The translations under genes were made by a program, and so were the position numbers. The notes below the pieces were generated by a model. That model worked only from the letters and a program-made list of their open reading frames with translations. It did not search any database and had not been told where the DNA came from. From Escherichia coli (lineage in GTDB: Bacteria > Pseudomonadota > Gammaproteobacteria > Enterobacterales > Enterobacteriaceae): 64,000 nt of DNA. How positions within the stretch are numbered: position 1 is the stretch's first letter; each line of letters starts with the position of its first letter. This document shows positions 26,101 to 38,244 of this stretch, one piece after another. The DNA is taken from NCBI RefSeq assembly GCF_011045215.1, contig NZ_CP049201.1, one strand, 5' to 3'.

Positions 26101-26501
26101 GCGGTGGTAATGGTGAAAGTCGCCTTTTTCTACGCAAAGACGGCGAGTGGCGTTTTCCGCCGCTTGCAGCCGAACAGGCTTTGCATTACCTCTCACAACT
26201 GATTGAGGGGTATCGTGAAGGGATGTCCGCGCCATTGCTGGTGTTACCTGAAAGTGGCGGCGCGTGGCTAAAAACCTGTTATGACGCGCAAAACGATGCC
26301 ATGCTGGATGACGATTCCACGTTGCAAAAAGCCCGTACGAAATTCCTTCAGGCTTACGAAGGCAACATGATGGTGCGTGGCGAAGGTGATGATATCTGGT
26401 ATCAACGGCTCTGGCGGCAATTAACACCAGAGACAATGGAGGCCATCGTTGAACAGTCGCAACGTTTCCTGTTACCGCTGTTTCGCTTTAATCAGTCATG
26501 A
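23133..26501 (+). CDS. recC: exodeoxyribonuclease V gamma subunit
   Basis: 1122-aa ORF, N-terminus MLRVYHSNRLDVL. Confidence 0.97.
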   Translation: MLRVYHSNRLDVLEALMEFIVERERLDDPFEPEMILVQSTGMAQWLQMTLSQKFGIAANIDFPLPASFIWDMFVRVLPEIPKESAFNKQSMSWKLMTLLPQLLNREDFTLLRHYLTDDSDKRKLFQLSSKAADLFDQYLVYRPDWLAQWETGHLVEGLGEAQAWQAPLWKALVEYTHELGQPRWHRANLYQRFIETLESATTCPPGLPSRVFICGISALPPVYLQALQALGKHIEIHLLFTNPCRYYWGDIKDPAYLAKLLTRQRRHSFEDRELPLFRDRENAGQLFNSDGEQDVGNPLLASWGKLGRDYIYLLSDLESSQELDAFVDVTPDNLLHNIQSDILELENRAVAGVNIEEFSRSDNKRPLDPLDSSITFHVCHSPQREVEVLHDRLLAMLEEDPTLTPRDIIVMVADIDSYSPFIQAVFGSAPADRYLPYAISDRRARQSHPVLEAFISLLSLPDSRFVSEDVLALLDVPVLAARFDITEEGLRYLRQWVNESGIRWGIDDDNVRELELPATGQHTWRFGLTRMLLGYAMESAQGEWQSVLPYDESSGLIAELVGHLASLLMQLNIWRRGLAQERPLEEWLPVCRDMLNAFFLPDAETEAAMTLIEQQWQAIIAEGLGAQYGDAVPLSLLRDELAQRLDQERISQRFLAGPVNICTLMPMRSIPFKVVCLLGMNDGVYPRQLAPLGFDLMSQKPKRGDRSRRDDDRYLFLEALISAQQKLYISYIGRSIQDNSERFPSVLVQELIDYIGQSHYLPGDEALNCDESEARVKAHLTCLHTRMPFDPQNYQPGERQSYAREWLPAASQAGKAHSEFVQPLPFTLPETVPLETLQRFWAHPVRAFFQMRLQVNFRTEDSEIPDTEPFILEGLSRYQINQQLLNALVEQDDAERLFRRFRAAGDLPYGAFGEIFWETQCQEMQQLADRVIACRQPGQSMEIDLACNGVQITGWLPQVQPDGLLRWRPSLLSVAQGMQLWLEHLVYCASGGNGESRLFLRKDGEWRFPPLAAEQALHYLSQLIEGYREGMSAPLLVLPESGGAWLKTCYDAQNDAMLDDDSTLQKARTKFLQAYEGNMMVRGEGDDIWYQRLWRQLTPETMEAIVEQSQRFLLPLFRFNQS

Positions 26502-26676
26502 GTGCTGTATAAAAATTGCGCAATCTATCCGCTTACTTTATGATGCGCACCAGTCACGGACTGATGGTTATATAAACATAGGCTGACTCGTGCAGCACAA
26601 GATTAAATTCTGGCAGATCATTTGCGTTAACCTGTTGAATCTGTCCAGAAAATAAAGTTGATTATGAGGTCCGTGA

Positions 26677-29565
26677 ATGCCCCGCAGCACCTGGTTCAAA
26701 GCATTATTGTTGTTTGTTGCCCTCTGGGCACCATTAAGTCAGGCAGAAACGGGATGGCAGCCGATTCAGGAAACCATCCGTAAAAGTGATAAAGATAACC
26801 GCCAGTATCAGGCTATACGTCTGGATAACGGTATGGTGGTCTTGCTGGTTTCTGATCCGCAGGCAGTTAAATCGCTATCGGCGCTGGTGGTGCCCGTTGG
26901 GTCGCTGGAAGATCCCGAGGCGTACCAGGGGCTGGCACATTACCTTGAACATATGAGTCTGATGGGGTCGAAAAAGTACCCGCAGGCTGACAGTCTGGCC
27001 GAATATCTCAAAATGCACGGCGGTAGTCACAATGCCAGCACTGCGCCGTATCGCACGGCTTTCTATCTGGAAGTTGAGAACGACGCCTTGCCCGGTGCGG
27101 TAGACCGCCTGGCCGATGCTATTGCAGAACCCTTGCTCGACAAGAAATACGCCGAACGTGAGCGTAATGCAGTGAACGCTGAATTAACCATGGCGCGTAC
27201 GCGTGACGGGATGCGCATGGCACAGGTCAGCGCAGAAACCATTAACCCGGCACACCCCGGTTCAAAGTTTTCTGGTGGTAACCTCGAAACTTTAAGCGAC
27301 AAACCTGGTAATCCGGTGCAGCAGGCGCTGAAAGATTTCCACGAGAAGTACTATTCCGCCAATTTGATGAAGGCGGTTATTTACAGTAATAAACCGCTGC
27401 CGGAGTTGGCAAAAATGGCGGCGGACACCTTTGGTCGCGTGCCGAACAAAGAGAGCAAAAAACCGGAAATCACCGTGCCGGTAGTCACCGACGCGCAAAA
27501 GGGCATTATCATTCATTACGTCCCAGCGCTGCCGCGTAAAGTTCTGCGCGTTGAGTTTCGCATCGATAACAACTCAGCGAAGTTCCGCAGTAAAACGGAT
27601 GAATTGATTACCTATCTGATTGGTAATCGCAGCCCAGGTACACTTTCTGACTGGCTGCAAAAGCAGGGATTAGTTGAGGGCATTAGCGCCAACTCCGATC
27701 CTATCGTCAACGGCAACAGCGGTGTATTAGCGATCTCTGCGTCTTTAACCGATAAAGGTCTGGCGAATCGCGATCAGGTTGTGGCGGCCATTTTTAGCTA
27801 CCTCAATCTGTTACGTGAAAAAGGGATCGATAAACAATACTTCGATGAACTGGCGAATGTGCTGGATATCGACTTCCGTTATCCGTCGATCACCCGTGAT
27901 ATGGATTACGTCGAATGGCTGGCAGATACCATGATTCGCGTTCCTGTTGAGCATACGCTGGATGCAGTCAATATTGCCGATCGGTACGATGCTAAAGCAG
28001 TAAAGGAACGTCTGGCGATGATGACGCCGCAGAATGCGCGTATCTGGTATATCAGCTCGAAAGAGCCGCACAATAAAACGGCTTATTTTGTCGATGCGCC
28101 GTATCAGGTCGATAAAATTAGCGCACAAACTTTCGCTAACTGGCAGCAAAAAGCTGCCAATATTGCGCTCTCCTTACCGGAGCTTAACCCCTATATTCCT
28201 GACGATTTCTCGCTGATTAAGTCAGAGAAGAAATATGACCATCCAGAGCTGATTGTTGATGAGTCGAATCTGCGCGTGGTGTATGCGCCAAGCCGTTATT
28301 TTGCCAGCGAGCCCAAAGCTGATGTCAGCCTGATTTTGCGTAATCCGAAAGCCATGGACAGCGCCCGCAATCAGGTGATGTTTGCGCTCAATGATTATCT
28401 CGCAGGGCTGGCGCTTGATCAGTTAAGCAACCAGGCGTCGGTTGGTGGCATAAGTTTTTCCACCAACGCTAACAACGGCCTTATGGTTAATGCCAATGGT
28501 TACACCCAGCGCCTGCCGCAGCTGTTCCAGGCATTGCTCGAGGGGTACTTTAGCTATACCGCTACGGAAGATCAGCTTGAGCAGGCGAAGTCCTGGTATA
28601 ACCAGATGATGGATTCCGCAGAAAAGGGCAAAGCGTTCGAGCAGGCGATTATGCCCGCGCAGATGCTCTCGCAAGTGCCGTACTTCTCGCGAGATGAACG
28701 GCGCAAAATTTTGCCCTCCATCACTTTGAAAGAGGTGCTGGCCTATCGCGACGGCTTAAAATCAGGGGCTCGACCAGAGTTTATGGTTATCGGCAACATG
28801 ACCGAGGCCCAGGCAACAACGCTGGCACGCGATGTGCAAAAACAGTTGGGCGCTGATGGTTCAGAGTGGTGTCGAAACAAAGATGTAGTGGTCGATAAAA
28901 AACAATCCGTCATCTTTGAAAAAGCCGGTAACAGCACCGACTCCGCACTGGCAGCGGTATTTGTACCGACTGGCTACGATGAATACACCAGCTCAGCCTA
29001 TAGCTCTCTGTTGGGGCAGATCGTACAGCCGTGGTTCTACAATCAGTTGCGTACCGAAGAACAGTTGGGCTATGCCGTGTTTGCGTTTCCAATGAGCGTG
29101 GGGCGTCAGTGGGGCATGGGCTTCCTTTTGCAAAGCAATGATAAACAGCCTTCATTCTTGTGGGAGCGTTACAAGGCGTTTTTCCCAACCGCAGAGGCAA
29201 AATTGCGGGCGATGAAGCCAGAAGAGTTTGCGCAAATCCAGCAGGCGGTAATTACCCAGATGCTGCAGGCACCGCAAACGCTCGGCGAAGAAGCATCGAA
29301 GTTAAGTAAAGATTTCGATCGCGGCAATATGCGCTTCGATTCGCGTGATAAAATCATGGCCCAGATAAAACTGCTGACGCCGCAAAAACTTGCTGATTTC
29401 TTCCATCAGGCGGTGGTCGAGCCGCAAGGCATGGCTATTCTGTCGCAGATTTCCGGCAGCCAGAACGGGAAAGCCGAATATGTGCATCCTGAAGGCTGGA
29501 AAGTGTGGGAGAACGTCAGCGCGTTGCAGCAAACAATGCCCCTGATGAGTGAAAAGAATGAGTGA
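26677..29565 (+). CDS. ptrA: periplasmic protease III (pitrilysin, M16 metallopeptidase)
   Basis: 962-aa ORF with signal peptide and HYLEH zinc motif. Confidence 0.96.
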   Translation: MPRSTWFKALLLFVALWAPLSQAETGWQPIQETIRKSDKDNRQYQAIRLDNGMVVLLVSDPQAVKSLSALVVPVGSLEDPEAYQGLAHYLEHMSLMGSKKYPQADSLAEYLKMHGGSHNASTAPYRTAFYLEVENDALPGAVDRLADAIAEPLLDKKYAERERNAVNAELTMARTRDGMRMAQVSAETINPAHPGSKFSGGNLETLSDKPGNPVQQALKDFHEKYYSANLMKAVIYSNKPLPELAKMAADTFGRVPNKESKKPEITVPVVTDAQKGIIIHYVPALPRKVLRVEFRIDNNSAKFRSKTDELITYLIGNRSPGTLSDWLQKQGLVEGISANSDPIVNGNSGVLAISASLTDKGLANRDQVVAAIFSYLNLLREKGIDKQYFDELANVLDIDFRYPSITRDMDYVEWLADTMIRVPVEHTLDAVNIADRYDAKAVKERLAMMTPQNARIWYISSKEPHNKTAYFVDAPYQVDKISAQTFANWQQKAANIALSLPELNPYIPDDFSLIKSEKKYDHPELIVDESNLRVVYAPSRYFASEPKADVSLILRNPKAMDSARNQVMFALNDYLAGLALDQLSNQASVGGISFSTNANNGLMVNANGYTQRLPQLFQALLEGYFSYTATEDQLEQAKSWYNQMMDSAEKGKAFEQAIMPAQMLSQVPYFSRDERRKILPSITLKEVLAYRDGLKSGARPEFMVIGNMTEAQATTLARDVQKQLGADGSEWCRNKDVVVDKKQSVIFEKAGNSTDSALAAVFVPTGYDEYTSSAYSSLLGQIVQPWFYNQLRTEEQLGYAVFAFPMSVGRQWGMGFLLQSNDKQPSFLWERYKAFFPTAEAKLRAMKPEEFAQIQQAVITQMLQAPQTLGEEASKLSKDFDRGNMRFDSRDKIMAQIKLLTPQKLADFFHQAVVEPQGMAILSQISGSQNGKAEYVHPEGWKVWENVSALQQTMPLMSEKNE

Positions 29566-32500
29566 TGTCGCCGAGACACTAGATCCTTTGCGCTTGCCCT
29601 TACAGGGCGAGCGCCTGATTGAAGCCTCTGCCGGCACAGGCAAAACCTTTACGATTGCGGCGCTCTATTTGCGCCTGTTACTTGGACTAGGCGGTTCCGC
29701 CGCCTTTCCCCGCCCGCTGACCGTTGAAGAACTGCTGGTGGTCACCTTTACCGAGGCTGCCACGGCAGAATTGCGCGGTCGTATCCGTAGCAATATCCAC
29801 GAGTTGCGCATCGCCTGTCTGCGTGAAACCACCGACAATCCACTGTACGAACGCCTGCTGGAAGAGATCGACGATAAAGCGCAAGCCGCGCAGTGGTTGT
29901 TGTTAGCCGAACGGCAGATGGATGAAGCGGCAGTCTTTACTATTCACGGCTTTTGCCAGCGCATGCTCAACCTGAATGCCTTTGAATCCGGCATGCTGTT
30001 TGAGCAGCAGCTGATTGAAGATGAGTCTCTGCTACGCTACCAGGCCTGCGCCGATTTCTGGCGTCGCCACTGCTACCCGCTGCCGCGTGAAATAGCCCAG
30101 GTCGTCTTTGAAACCTGGAAAGGGCCGCAGGCGTTGCTGCGCGATATTAATCGTTATCTGCAAGGCGAAGCGCCGGTTATCAAAGCACCGCCGCCCGATG
30201 ATGAAACGCTGGCTTCCCGTCACGCGCAAATTGTGGCGCGTATTGATACGGTAAAACAGCAGTGGCGCGACGCAGTGGGTGAACTGGATGCGCTGATCGA
30301 ATCTTCTGGTATTGATCGACGCAAGTTTAACCGTAGCAATCAGGCTAAATGGATCGACAAGATCAGCGCCTGGGCAGAAGAAGAGACAAACAGTTATCAG
30401 TTGCCGGAGTCGCTGGAAAAATTCTCCCAGCGTTTCTTAGAAGATCGCACGAAGGCCGGGGGGGAAACCCCGCGACATCCACTGTTTGAGGCGATCGATC
30501 AACTGCTTGCAGAACCATTGTCGATCCGCGATCTGGTGATCACCCGCGCATTGGCTGAGATCCGCGAAACAGTAGCGCGTGAGAAACGCCGCCGTGGCGA
30601 ATTGGGTTTTGATGACATGTTAAGTCGGCTCGATTCCGCGCTGCGTAGCGAAAGCGGTGAGGTGTTGGCAGCGGCGATCCGTACGCGATTCCCGGTGGCA
30701 ATGATCGATGAATTTCAGGATACCGACCCCCAGCAGTACCGAATTTTTCGCCGTATCTGGTACCATCAGCTGGAAACCGCATTGTTGCTAATTGGCGACC
30801 CGAAGCAGGCCATATATGCTTTCCGGGGTGCGGATATCTTCACTTATATGAAGGCGCGTAGCGAAGTTCACGCCCACTACACTTTAGACATCAACTGGCG
30901 TTCCGCACCAGGAATGGTGAACAGTGTGAACAAGCTTTTCAGCCAGACTGATGACGCGTTCATGTTTCGCGAAATACCGTTTATTCCAGTGAAATCAGCC
31001 GGGAAGAATCAGGCGTTACGTTTTGTATTTAAAGGTGAAACGCAGCCTGCGATGAAAATGTGGCTGATGGAAGGCGAAAGCTGCGGCGTTGGCGACTATC
31101 AAAGTACCATGGCGCAGGTATGTGCTGCGCAAATCCGCGACTGGCTACAAGCCGGACAGCGGGGCGAAGCGTTGCTGATGAACGGCGACGAAGCGCGTTC
31201 GGTGCGTGCTTCGGACATCAGCGTGCTGGTGCGCAGCCGCCAGGAGGCCGCTCAGGTGCGCGATGCCTTAACGCTGCTGGAAATCCCTTCCGTTTACCTT
31301 TCGAACCGCGACAGTGTTTTTGAAACTCTGGAAGCGCAGGAAATGCTTTGGTTGTTGCAGGCGGTGATGACGCCCGAACGTGAGAACACCCTGCGCAGTG
31401 CGCTGGCAACGTCAATGATGGGGCTGAATGCGCTGGATATTGAAACGCTGAACAATGACGAACATGCGTGGGATGCGGTAGTTGAAGAGTTCGATGGTTA
31501 TCGGCAAATCTGGCGCAAACGTGGCGTTATGCCGATGCTGCGGGCGCTGATGTCGGCGCGTAACATTGCAGAAAACTTGCTGGCAACGGCAGGCGGTGAG
31601 CGGCGTCTTACCGATATCTTGCATATCAGCGAACTGCTACAAGAAGCCGGAACGCAGCTGGAAAGTGAACATGCGCTGGTACGCTGGTTATCGCAACATA
31701 TCCTCGAGCCAGACAGTAATGCCTCCAGCCAACAAATGCGCCTCGAAAGTGATAAACATCTGGTGCAGATTGTCACGATCCATAAATCGAAAGGGCTGGA
31801 ATATCCGCTTGTCTGGTTGCCATTTATTACCAATTTCCGCGTCCAGGATCAGGCGTTTTATCACGATCGCCACTCGTTTGAGGCTGTTCTGGATCTTAAC
31901 GCTGCGCCAGAAAGTGTCGATCTCGCGGAGGCCGAACGTCTGGCGGAAGATCTGCGTTTGCTTTACGTGGCGCTGACGCGTTCGGTTTGGCATTGCAGTC
32001 TCGGCGTTGCACCGCTGGTGCGCCGTCGTGGCGATAAAAAAGGTGACACCGACGTCCACCAAAGTGCGCTCGGGCGTTTGCTGCAAAAAGGGGAACCGCA
32101 AGATGCGGCAGGGCTTCGCACCTGTATTGAAGCGTTATGCGATGATGATATTGCCTGGCAAACGGCACAAACTGGTGATAACCAGCCCTGGCAGGTTAAT
32201 GATGTTTTAACTGCAGAACTGAATGCGAGGACGCTACAACGATTGCCCGGCGATAACTGGCGTGTCACCAGCTACTCCGGTTTGCAGCAGCGTGGTCACG
32301 GTATCGCTCAGGATCTGATGCCACGGCTGGATGTTGATGCCGCAGGCGTGGTCAGCGTCGTTGAAGAACCGACGTTAACACCGCATCAATTCCCGCGCGG
32401 TGCGTCACCGGGGACATTCTTGCACAGTTTGTTTGAAGACCTCGATTTTACCCAGCCGGTTGACCCGAACTGGGTGCGGGAAAAACTGGAACTCGGCGGC

Positions 32501-33100
32501 TTTGAATCGCAGTGGGAACCGGTATTGACCGAGTGGATCACGGCTGTCCTCCAGGCACCTCTCAATGAAACCGGCGTAAGCCTGAGTCAACTTTCCGCCC
32601 GCAATAAACAGGTGGAGATGGAGTTTTATCTGCCGATTAGTGAACCGCTTATCGCCAGTCAGCTTGATACGTTAATCCGCCAGTTTGACCCGCTATCCGC
32701 AGGCTGCCCGCCGCTGGAGTTCATGCAGGTACGTGGCATGTTAAAAGGCTTTATCGACCTGGTGTTCCGCCACGAAGGGCGTTATTACCTGCTCGACTAT
32801 AAATCCAACTGGTTGGGTGAAGACAGTTCGGCTTACACCCAACAGGCTATGGCAGCGGCAATGCAGGTACACCGCTATGATCTGCAATATCAGCTTTATA
32901 CCCTGGCGCTGCATCGTTATCTGCGCCATCGCATTGCTGATTACGACTATGAGCGCCACTTTGGCGGCGTTATTTATCTGTTCCTGCGTGGCGTTGATAA
33001 AGAACATCCGCAACAGGGGATTTACACAACCCGACCCAACGCCGGGTTGATTGCCCTGATGGATGAGATGTTTGCCGGTATGACCCTGGAGGAGGCGTAA
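29558..33100 (+). CDS. recB: exodeoxyribonuclease V beta subunit (helicase-nuclease)
   Basis: ORF trimmed to [13 protein letters not shown] (1180 aa); Walker A AGTGKTFT; overlaps ptrA by 8 nt. Confidence 0.97.
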   Translation: MSDVAETLDPLRLPLQGERLIEASAGTGKTFTIAALYLRLLLGLGGSAAFPRPLTVEELLVVTFTEAATAELRGRIRSNIHELRIACLRETTDNPLYERLLEEIDDKAQAAQWLLLAERQMDEAAVFTIHGFCQRMLNLNAFESGMLFEQQLIEDESLLRYQACADFWRRHCYPLPREIAQVVFETWKGPQALLRDINRYLQGEAPVIKAPPPDDETLASRHAQIVARIDTVKQQWRDAVGELDALIESSGIDRRKFNRSNQAKWIDKISAWAEEETNSYQLPESLEKFSQRFLEDRTKAGGETPRHPLFEAIDQLLAEPLSIRDLVITRALAEIRETVAREKRRRGELGFDDMLSRLDSALRSESGEVLAAAIRTRFPVAMIDEFQDTDPQQYRIFRRIWYHQLETALLLIGDPKQAIYAFRGADIFTYMKARSEVHAHYTLDINWRSAPGMVNSVNKLFSQTDDAFMFREIPFIPVKSAGKNQALRFVFKGETQPAMKMWLMEGESCGVGDYQSTMAQVCAAQIRDWLQAGQRGEALLMNGDEARSVRASDISVLVRSRQEAAQVRDALTLLEIPSVYLSNRDSVFETLEAQEMLWLLQAVMTPERENTLRSALATSMMGLNALDIETLNNDEHAWDAVVEEFDGYRQIWRKRGVMPMLRALMSARNIAENLLATAGGERRLTDILHISELLQEAGTQLESEHALVRWLSQHILEPDSNASSQQMRLESDKHLVQIVTIHKSKGLEYPLVWLPFITNFRVQDQAFYHDRHSFEAVLDLNAAPESVDLAEAERLAEDLRLLYVALTRSVWHCSLGVAPLVRRRGDKKGDTDVHQSALGRLLQKGEPQDAAGLRTCIEALCDDDIAWQTAQTGDNQPWQVNDVLTAELNARTLQRLPGDNWRVTSYSGLQQRGHGIAQDLMPRLDVDAAGVVSVVEEPTLTPHQFPRGASPGTFLHSLFEDLDFTQPVDPNWVREKLELGGFESQWEPVLTEWITAVLQAPLNETGVSLSQLSARNKQVEMEFYLPISEPLIASQLDTLIRQFDPLSAGCPPLEFMQVRGMLKGFIDLVFRHEGRYYLLDYKSNWLGEDSSAYTQQAMAAAMQVHRYDLQYQLYTLALHRYLRHRIADYDYERHFGGVIYLFLRGVDKEHPQQGIYTTRPNAGLIALMDEMFAGMTLEEA

Positions 33101-34926
33101 TGAAATTGCAAAAGCAATTACTGGAAGCTGTGGAGCACAAACAGCTACGCCCGCTGGATGTGCAATTTGCCCTGACCGTGGCGGGAGATGAACATCCTGC
33201 CGTCACCATCGCGGCGGCACTGTTAAGTCATGATGCCGGAGAGGGACACGTTTGTTTGCCGCTTTCACGACTGGAAAATAACGAGGCGTCGCATCCGCTG
33301 TTGGCGACCTGTGTCAGTGAAATCGGTGAGCTACAAAATTGGGAAGAATGCTTGTTGGCTTCTCAAGCGGTCAGCAGGGGAGATGAACCCACGCCGATGA
33401 TCCTCTGTGGCGATCGTCTTTATTTGAATCGCATGTGGTGTAACGAGCGGACGGTAGCGCGCTTCTTCAATGAGGTGAATCATGCCATCGAGGTTGATGA
33501 AGCTCTACTGGCGCAAACCCTGGACAAACTTTTTCCAGTAAGCGATGAAATTAACTGGCAAAAAGTTGCAGCGGCAGTGGCGCTGACGCGGCGGATCTCG
33601 GTGATTTCCGGCGGCCCAGGCACCGGTAAAACGACCACCGTGGCGAAGTTGCTGGCAGCGTTAATTCAAATGGCCGACGGCGAACGCTGCCGTATCCGTC
33701 TGGCTGCACCAACGGGTAAAGCTGCCGCGCGCTTAACCGAATCTCTCGGCAAGGCTTTGCGACAGTTACCGCTGACCAATGAACAAAAGAAACGCATTCC
33801 GGAAGATGCCAGCACTTTGCACCGATTGCTGGGCGCGCAGCCGGGTAGCCAGCGTTTACGTCATCATGCCGGTAACCCGCTGCATCTTGATGTGCTGGTG
33901 GTAGATGAAGCGTCAATGATCGATCTGCCTATGATGTCGAGACTGATCGACGCCTTGCCAGATCATGCGCGAGTGATCTTTCTCGGCGATCGTGATCAAC
34001 TGGCCTCGGTTGAGGCTGGGGCTGTGCTGGGCGATATCTGCGCTTATGCCAACGCGGGCTTTACCGCCGAGCGTGCCAGGCAGCTAAGCCGCCTGACGGG
34101 GACTCACGTTCCGGCTGGAACTGGCACAGAAGCGGCATCTTTGCGCGACAGTCTCTGCCTGCTGCAAAAAAGCTATCGTTTCGGCAGCGATTCTGGCATT
34201 GGTCAGTTAGCTGCGGCGATCAACCGTGGTGATAAAACGGCAGTGAAAACCGTTTTTCAGCAGGATTTTACTGATATCGAAAAACGGCTTTTACAGAGCG
34301 GCGAAGATTATATTGCGATGCTTGAGGAAGCTCTTGCGGGTTATGGACGTTATCTGGATCTGCTGCAAGCGCGTGCCGAGCCGGATTTAATCATTCAGGC
34401 GTTCAATGAGTACCAACTTTTGTGCGCCCTGCGGGAAGGGCCATTTGGCGTGGCTGGACTGAATGAGCGAATTGAGCAGTTTATGCAACAGAAGCGCAAA
34501 ATTCATCGTAATCCGCACTCTCGTTGGTACGAAGGCCGACCGGTGATGATTGCCCGTAATGACAGCGCGCTTGGGTTGTTTAATGGCGATATCGGTATTG
34601 CGCTGGATCGCGGGCAGGGGACGCGCGTCTGGTTTGCGATGCCGGACGGCAATATTAAGTCTGTGCAACCGAGTCGTTTGCCAGAGCACGAAACTACGTG
34701 GGCGATGACGGTACATAAATCGCAGGGATCGGAGTTCGACCATGCGGCGTTGATTTTGCTGAGCCAACGCACGCCGGTAGTAACGCGAGAGCTGGTTTAT
34801 ACCGCGGTGACCCGCGCGCGTCGCCGTCTGTCGCTGTATGCCGATGAGCGCATATTAAGTGCGGCAATCGCCACTCGTACTGAGCGGCGCAGTGGTCTGG
34901 CGGCGTTGTTTAGTTCACGGGAATAA
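33100..34926 (+). CDS. recD: exodeoxyribonuclease V alpha subunit
   Basis: 608-aa ORF, start overlaps recB stop (TAATG); Walker [11 protein letters not shown]. Confidence 0.97.
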   Translation: MKLQKQLLEAVEHKQLRPLDVQFALTVAGDEHPAVTIAAALLSHDAGEGHVCLPLSRLENNEASHPLLATCVSEIGELQNWEECLLASQAVSRGDEPTPMILCGDRLYLNRMWCNERTVARFFNEVNHAIEVDEALLAQTLDKLFPVSDEINWQKVAAAVALTRRISVISGGPGTGKTTTVAKLLAALIQMADGERCRIRLAAPTGKAAARLTESLGKALRQLPLTNEQKKRIPEDASTLHRLLGAQPGSQRLRHHAGNPLHLDVLVVDEASMIDLPMMSRLIDALPDHARVIFLGDRDQLASVEAGAVLGDICAYANAGFTAERARQLSRLTGTHVPAGTGTEAASLRDSLCLLQKSYRFGSDSGIGQLAAAINRGDKTAVKTVFQQDFTDIEKRLLQSGEDYIAMLEEALAGYGRYLDLLQARAEPDLIIQAFNEYQLLCALREGPFGVAGLNERIEQFMQQKRKIHRNPHSRWYEGRPVMIARNDSALGLFNGDIGIALDRGQGTRVWFAMPDGNIKSVQPSRLPEHETTWAMTVHKSQGSEFDHAALILLSQRTPVVTRELVYTAVTRARRRLSLYADERILSAAIATRTERRSGLAALFSSRE

Positions 34927-34934
34927 ACGTAATT

Positions 34935-35056
34935 GCCGGATGCGACGCACGAGTGTTACGCCTGCCGCATCCGGCGATTTTCGTCGCTTACCCTAAATCC
35001 GCCATCAACATCTTCGATTTTACGTAGGTCGGATAAGGCGTCCACGCCGCATCCGA
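34935..35056. repeat. REP/BIME cluster between recD and argA
   Basis: Two REP-like palindromic units (GCCGGATGCGACGC...GCATCCGGC and GTAGGTCGGATAAGGCGTCCACGCCGCATCCGAC) and a roughly 50-bp direct repeat GATTTTCGTCGCTTACCCTAAATCCGCCAT. Confidence 0.7.
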
Positions 35057-35069
35057 CGATTTTCGTCGC

Positions 35070-36401
35070 TTACCCTAAATCCGCCATTAACACTTTGGAT
35101 TTACGCTGGTAGTTGTACAACTGCTTTTTGCTTTCGGGCAGTAAATCAATATCCACTGGGGTAAATCCACGTTCCTGGAACCAGTGAATACTGCGCGTGG
35201 TCAGCACAAACAATTTGCTTAAGCCGCTCTGCTTCGCCTGAGCGGCAATGCGTTCCAGCAGAACTTCACCCCTTGATGAACTGCGGTAATCCGGGTGAAC
35301 TGCCACACAGGCCATTTCCCCAATCTTCTCTTCCGGGAACGGATAGAGCGCGGCGCAGGCAATAGTCGTGTTATCGCGCTGAATAATGGTGAATTTGTCG
35401 ATTTCCATCTCCAGCTGCTCGCGAGAACGGCGTACCAGAATACCTTGCTGCTCCAGCGGGCGAATCAACTCCAGAATACCGCCAATATCGTTGATTGTTG
35501 CGCGACGAATCTGCTCGGCGCTTTCCATCACAATCTGCGTACCGATACCGTCGCGTGAGAACAACTCTTGCAACAGCGCGCCATCTTCCTGATAACTGAT
35601 TAAATGACAGCGACGCACGCCGCTGCGGCAGGCTTTCACTGCGCCACGCAAAAAGCGCACCGTACCGGAGTTGTAATCACCTTTCTCTTCCTGGGCTTCT
35701 ACCCGCGCTTGCGCTTCGTTAGGGAAAAGTTCGGAGACAATATCACCGTCGTCATTAGTGACGCCCTGGGAAGAGCAAAAACCAATCATCTTTTCAGCTT
35801 TCAGTTTGATGGCCAGTTGAGTGGCAATCTCTTCCGAGGTCAGATTAAAGCTCTCGCCAGTGACTGAAACAGCGACCGGCCCCATTAGCACTATTGCACC
35901 GCTGTCCAGTTGACGATGGATCGCGTCTTCATCAATCCGCCGGATACGCCCGCTATGGCAGTAATCCACGCCGTCATCGACGCCCAGCGGCTGGGCAATA
36001 ATAAAATTGCCACTGACGACGTTGATATGCGCGCCCTGCAGCGGCGTGTTATTGAGACTCATCGACAGGCGAGCCGTAATATCCAGTTGCAATGTTCCCG
36101 CAGCCTGCTTCACCAGTTCCAGTGTTTTGGCGTCGGTCACACGTATATTCTTGTGATACAGCGGTTCGTGGTGATGCGCAGCCAGATTTGCGTCGATCTG
36201 CGGACGTGCGCCATAGACCACCACCAGACGGATGCCGAGGCTGTGCAACAACCCGATATCATTAACGATACTGGAGAAATTCTCATGCTCAATGGCTTCA
36301 CCGCCGAGCATGATGACAAACGTTTTTCCCCGGTGGGTATTGATATAGGGAACCGAATGGCGGAATCCCTCGACCAGCTCGGTTTTACGTTCCTTTACCA
36401 C
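35070..36401 (-). CDS. argA: N-acetylglutamate synthase
   Basis: ORF trimmed to the GTG start giving [20 protein letters not shown] (443 aa). Confidence 0.93.
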   Translation of the reverse strand: MVKERKTELVEGFRHSVPYINTHRGKTFVIMLGGEAIEHENFSSIVNDIGLLHSLGIRLVVVYGARPQIDANLAAHHHEPLYHKNIRVTDAKTLELVKQAAGTLQLDITARLSMSLNNTPLQGAHINVVSGNFIIAQPLGVDDGVDYCHSGRIRRIDEDAIHRQLDSGAIVLMGPVAVSVTGESFNLTSEEIATQLAIKLKAEKMIGFCSSQGVTNDDGDIVSELFPNEAQARVEAQEEKGDYNSGTVRFLRGAVKACRSGVRRCHLISYQEDGALLQELFSRDGIGTQIVMESAEQIRRATINDIGGILELIRPLEQQGILVRRSREQLEMEIDKFTIIQRDNTTIACAALYPFPEEKIGEMACVAVHPDYRSSSRGEVLLERIAAQAKQSGLSKLFVLTTRSIHWFQERGFTPVDIDLLPESKKQLYNYQRKSKVLMADLG

Positions 36402-36632
36402 GGCACACCTCTTTGCATGATTATTCGAAATTATTGTATTTTTATTCTGTTTTTTCGCAGGGTGCAAGTGTAAATTTTATGCGAGAGCGACTTTTTTATC
36501 AGTAATACCGTGAATATAAAAAGAATGTTTACCGTTTATTAGATGACAGATTATGCGTCTTTCGCTAAAGTTTCCGGTCAAATTAGTCGTTTACTTGTTA
36601 CACAGCTTAGATTTCTTTTGCTCGGGAGAGGC

Positions 36633-37886
36633 ATGTCAGGATCCAACACTGCAATCAGCCGTCGTCGTTTACTGCAAGGCGCGGGTGCCATGTGGCTATT
36701 GAGCGTAAGTCAGGTCAGTCTGGCTGCGGTCAGCCAGGTCGTGGCGGTGCGCGTCTGGCCTGCGTCCAGCTACACCCGCGTGACGGTGGAATCAAATCGT
36801 CAGCTGAAATATAAGCAGTTCGCGTTGAGTAACCCTGAACGCGTGGTGGTGGATATCGAAGATGTAAACCTGAACTCGGTACTCAAGGGGATGGCGGCAC
36901 AAATTCGTGCAGACGACCCGTTCATCAAGTCGGCGCGCGTCGGGCAATTTGACCCGCAAACCGTACGGATGGTTTTTGAATTAAAGCAAAACGTAAAACC
37001 GCAGCTGTTTGCCCTTGCGCCGGTCGCCGGGTTTAAAGAGCGTCTGGTGATGGACCTCTATCCGGCCAATGCACAGGATATGCAGGATCCGCTGCTGGCG
37101 TTGCTGGAGGATTACAACAAAGGCGACCTCGAAAAGCAGGTGCCGCCAGCGCAAAGTGGTCCACAACCGGGTAAAGCAGGGCGCGATCGTCCGATTGTCA
37201 TTATGCTTGACCCTGGCCACGGTGGCGAAGACTCCGGTGCGGTGGGGAAATACAAAACGCGCGAAAAAGATGTGGTATTGCAAATAGCTCGCCGTTTGCG
37301 CTCTCTGATCGAGAAAGAGGGCAATATGAAGGTGTACATGACGCGCAATGAAGACATCTTCATTCCGTTGCAAGTGCGCGTAGCAAAAGCCCAGAAACAG
37401 CGTGCTGACCTGTTTGTCTCTATCCATGCCGACGCCTTTACCAGTCGTCAGCCGAGCGGTTCCTCTGTGTTTGCGCTCTCAACCAAAGGTGCAACCAGTA
37501 CTGCGGCAAAATATCTGGCACAAACCCAGAACGCCTCGGACTTGATTGGTGGCGTGAGCAAAAGCGGTGACCGCTATGTCGACCACACCATGTTCGATAT
37601 GGTGCAGTCGCTGACCATTGCCGACAGCCTGAAGTTTGGTAAAGCGGTACTGAATAAGCTCGGTAAAATCAACAAGCTGCATAAAAATCAAGTTGAACAG
37701 GCCGGGTTTGCCGTACTAAAGGCACCAGATATTCCCTCCATTCTGGTCGAAACGGCGTTTATCAGTAACGTTGAGGAAGAGCGTAAACTGAAAACGGCGA
37801 CCTTCCAGCAGGAAGTTGCAGAGTCTATTCTTGCAGGGATTAAAGCGTATTTTGCCGATGGAGCGACGCTGGCGAGAAGGGGATGA
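36633..37886 (+). CDS. amiC: N-acetylmuramoyl-L-alanine amidase (Tat-exported)
   Basis: ORF trimmed to [18 protein letters not shown] (Tat motif), 417 aa. Confidence 0.93.
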
Positions 37887-37887
37887 T

Positions 37888-37914
37888 AAAAAGGCGCTGA
37901 ATGGCGCTTTTTTA
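37888..37914 (+). terminator. rho-independent terminator after amiC
   Basis: Hairpin AAAAGGCGC-TGAAT-GGCGCTTTTTT. Confidence 0.65.
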
Positions 37915-37959
37915 TAGGAGACCAGAAACAAAAAAACACCCGCTAGGGTGTTCAATAAT

Positions 37960-38036
<77 letters not shown>

Positions 38037-38244
38037 TCCGTGGATGCGCACTATACTCCGCTCGCGTTTTCATGCAACCTTTTTTTTACCCCGATCACGG
38101 ATCTGGCATGATTTTGAACAAAAACAAATCACTAAAGCCTATTTTTTGTGCAAAATTTGCGTCAGGGAGAGGCTGCTCATTTCATTAAACGCGGTGGTTT
38201 GTTATCTTCGTTGCGCCTTATTTTTTAACCTGAAGAAGAGAACA

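Noticed and set aside
25924-26436. 170-aa minus-strand ORF inside recC
   Set aside because: Antisense shadow ORF within a conserved gene.
35910-36473. 187-aa plus-strand ORF inside argA
   Set aside because: Antisense to argA; composition typical of a shadow ORF.
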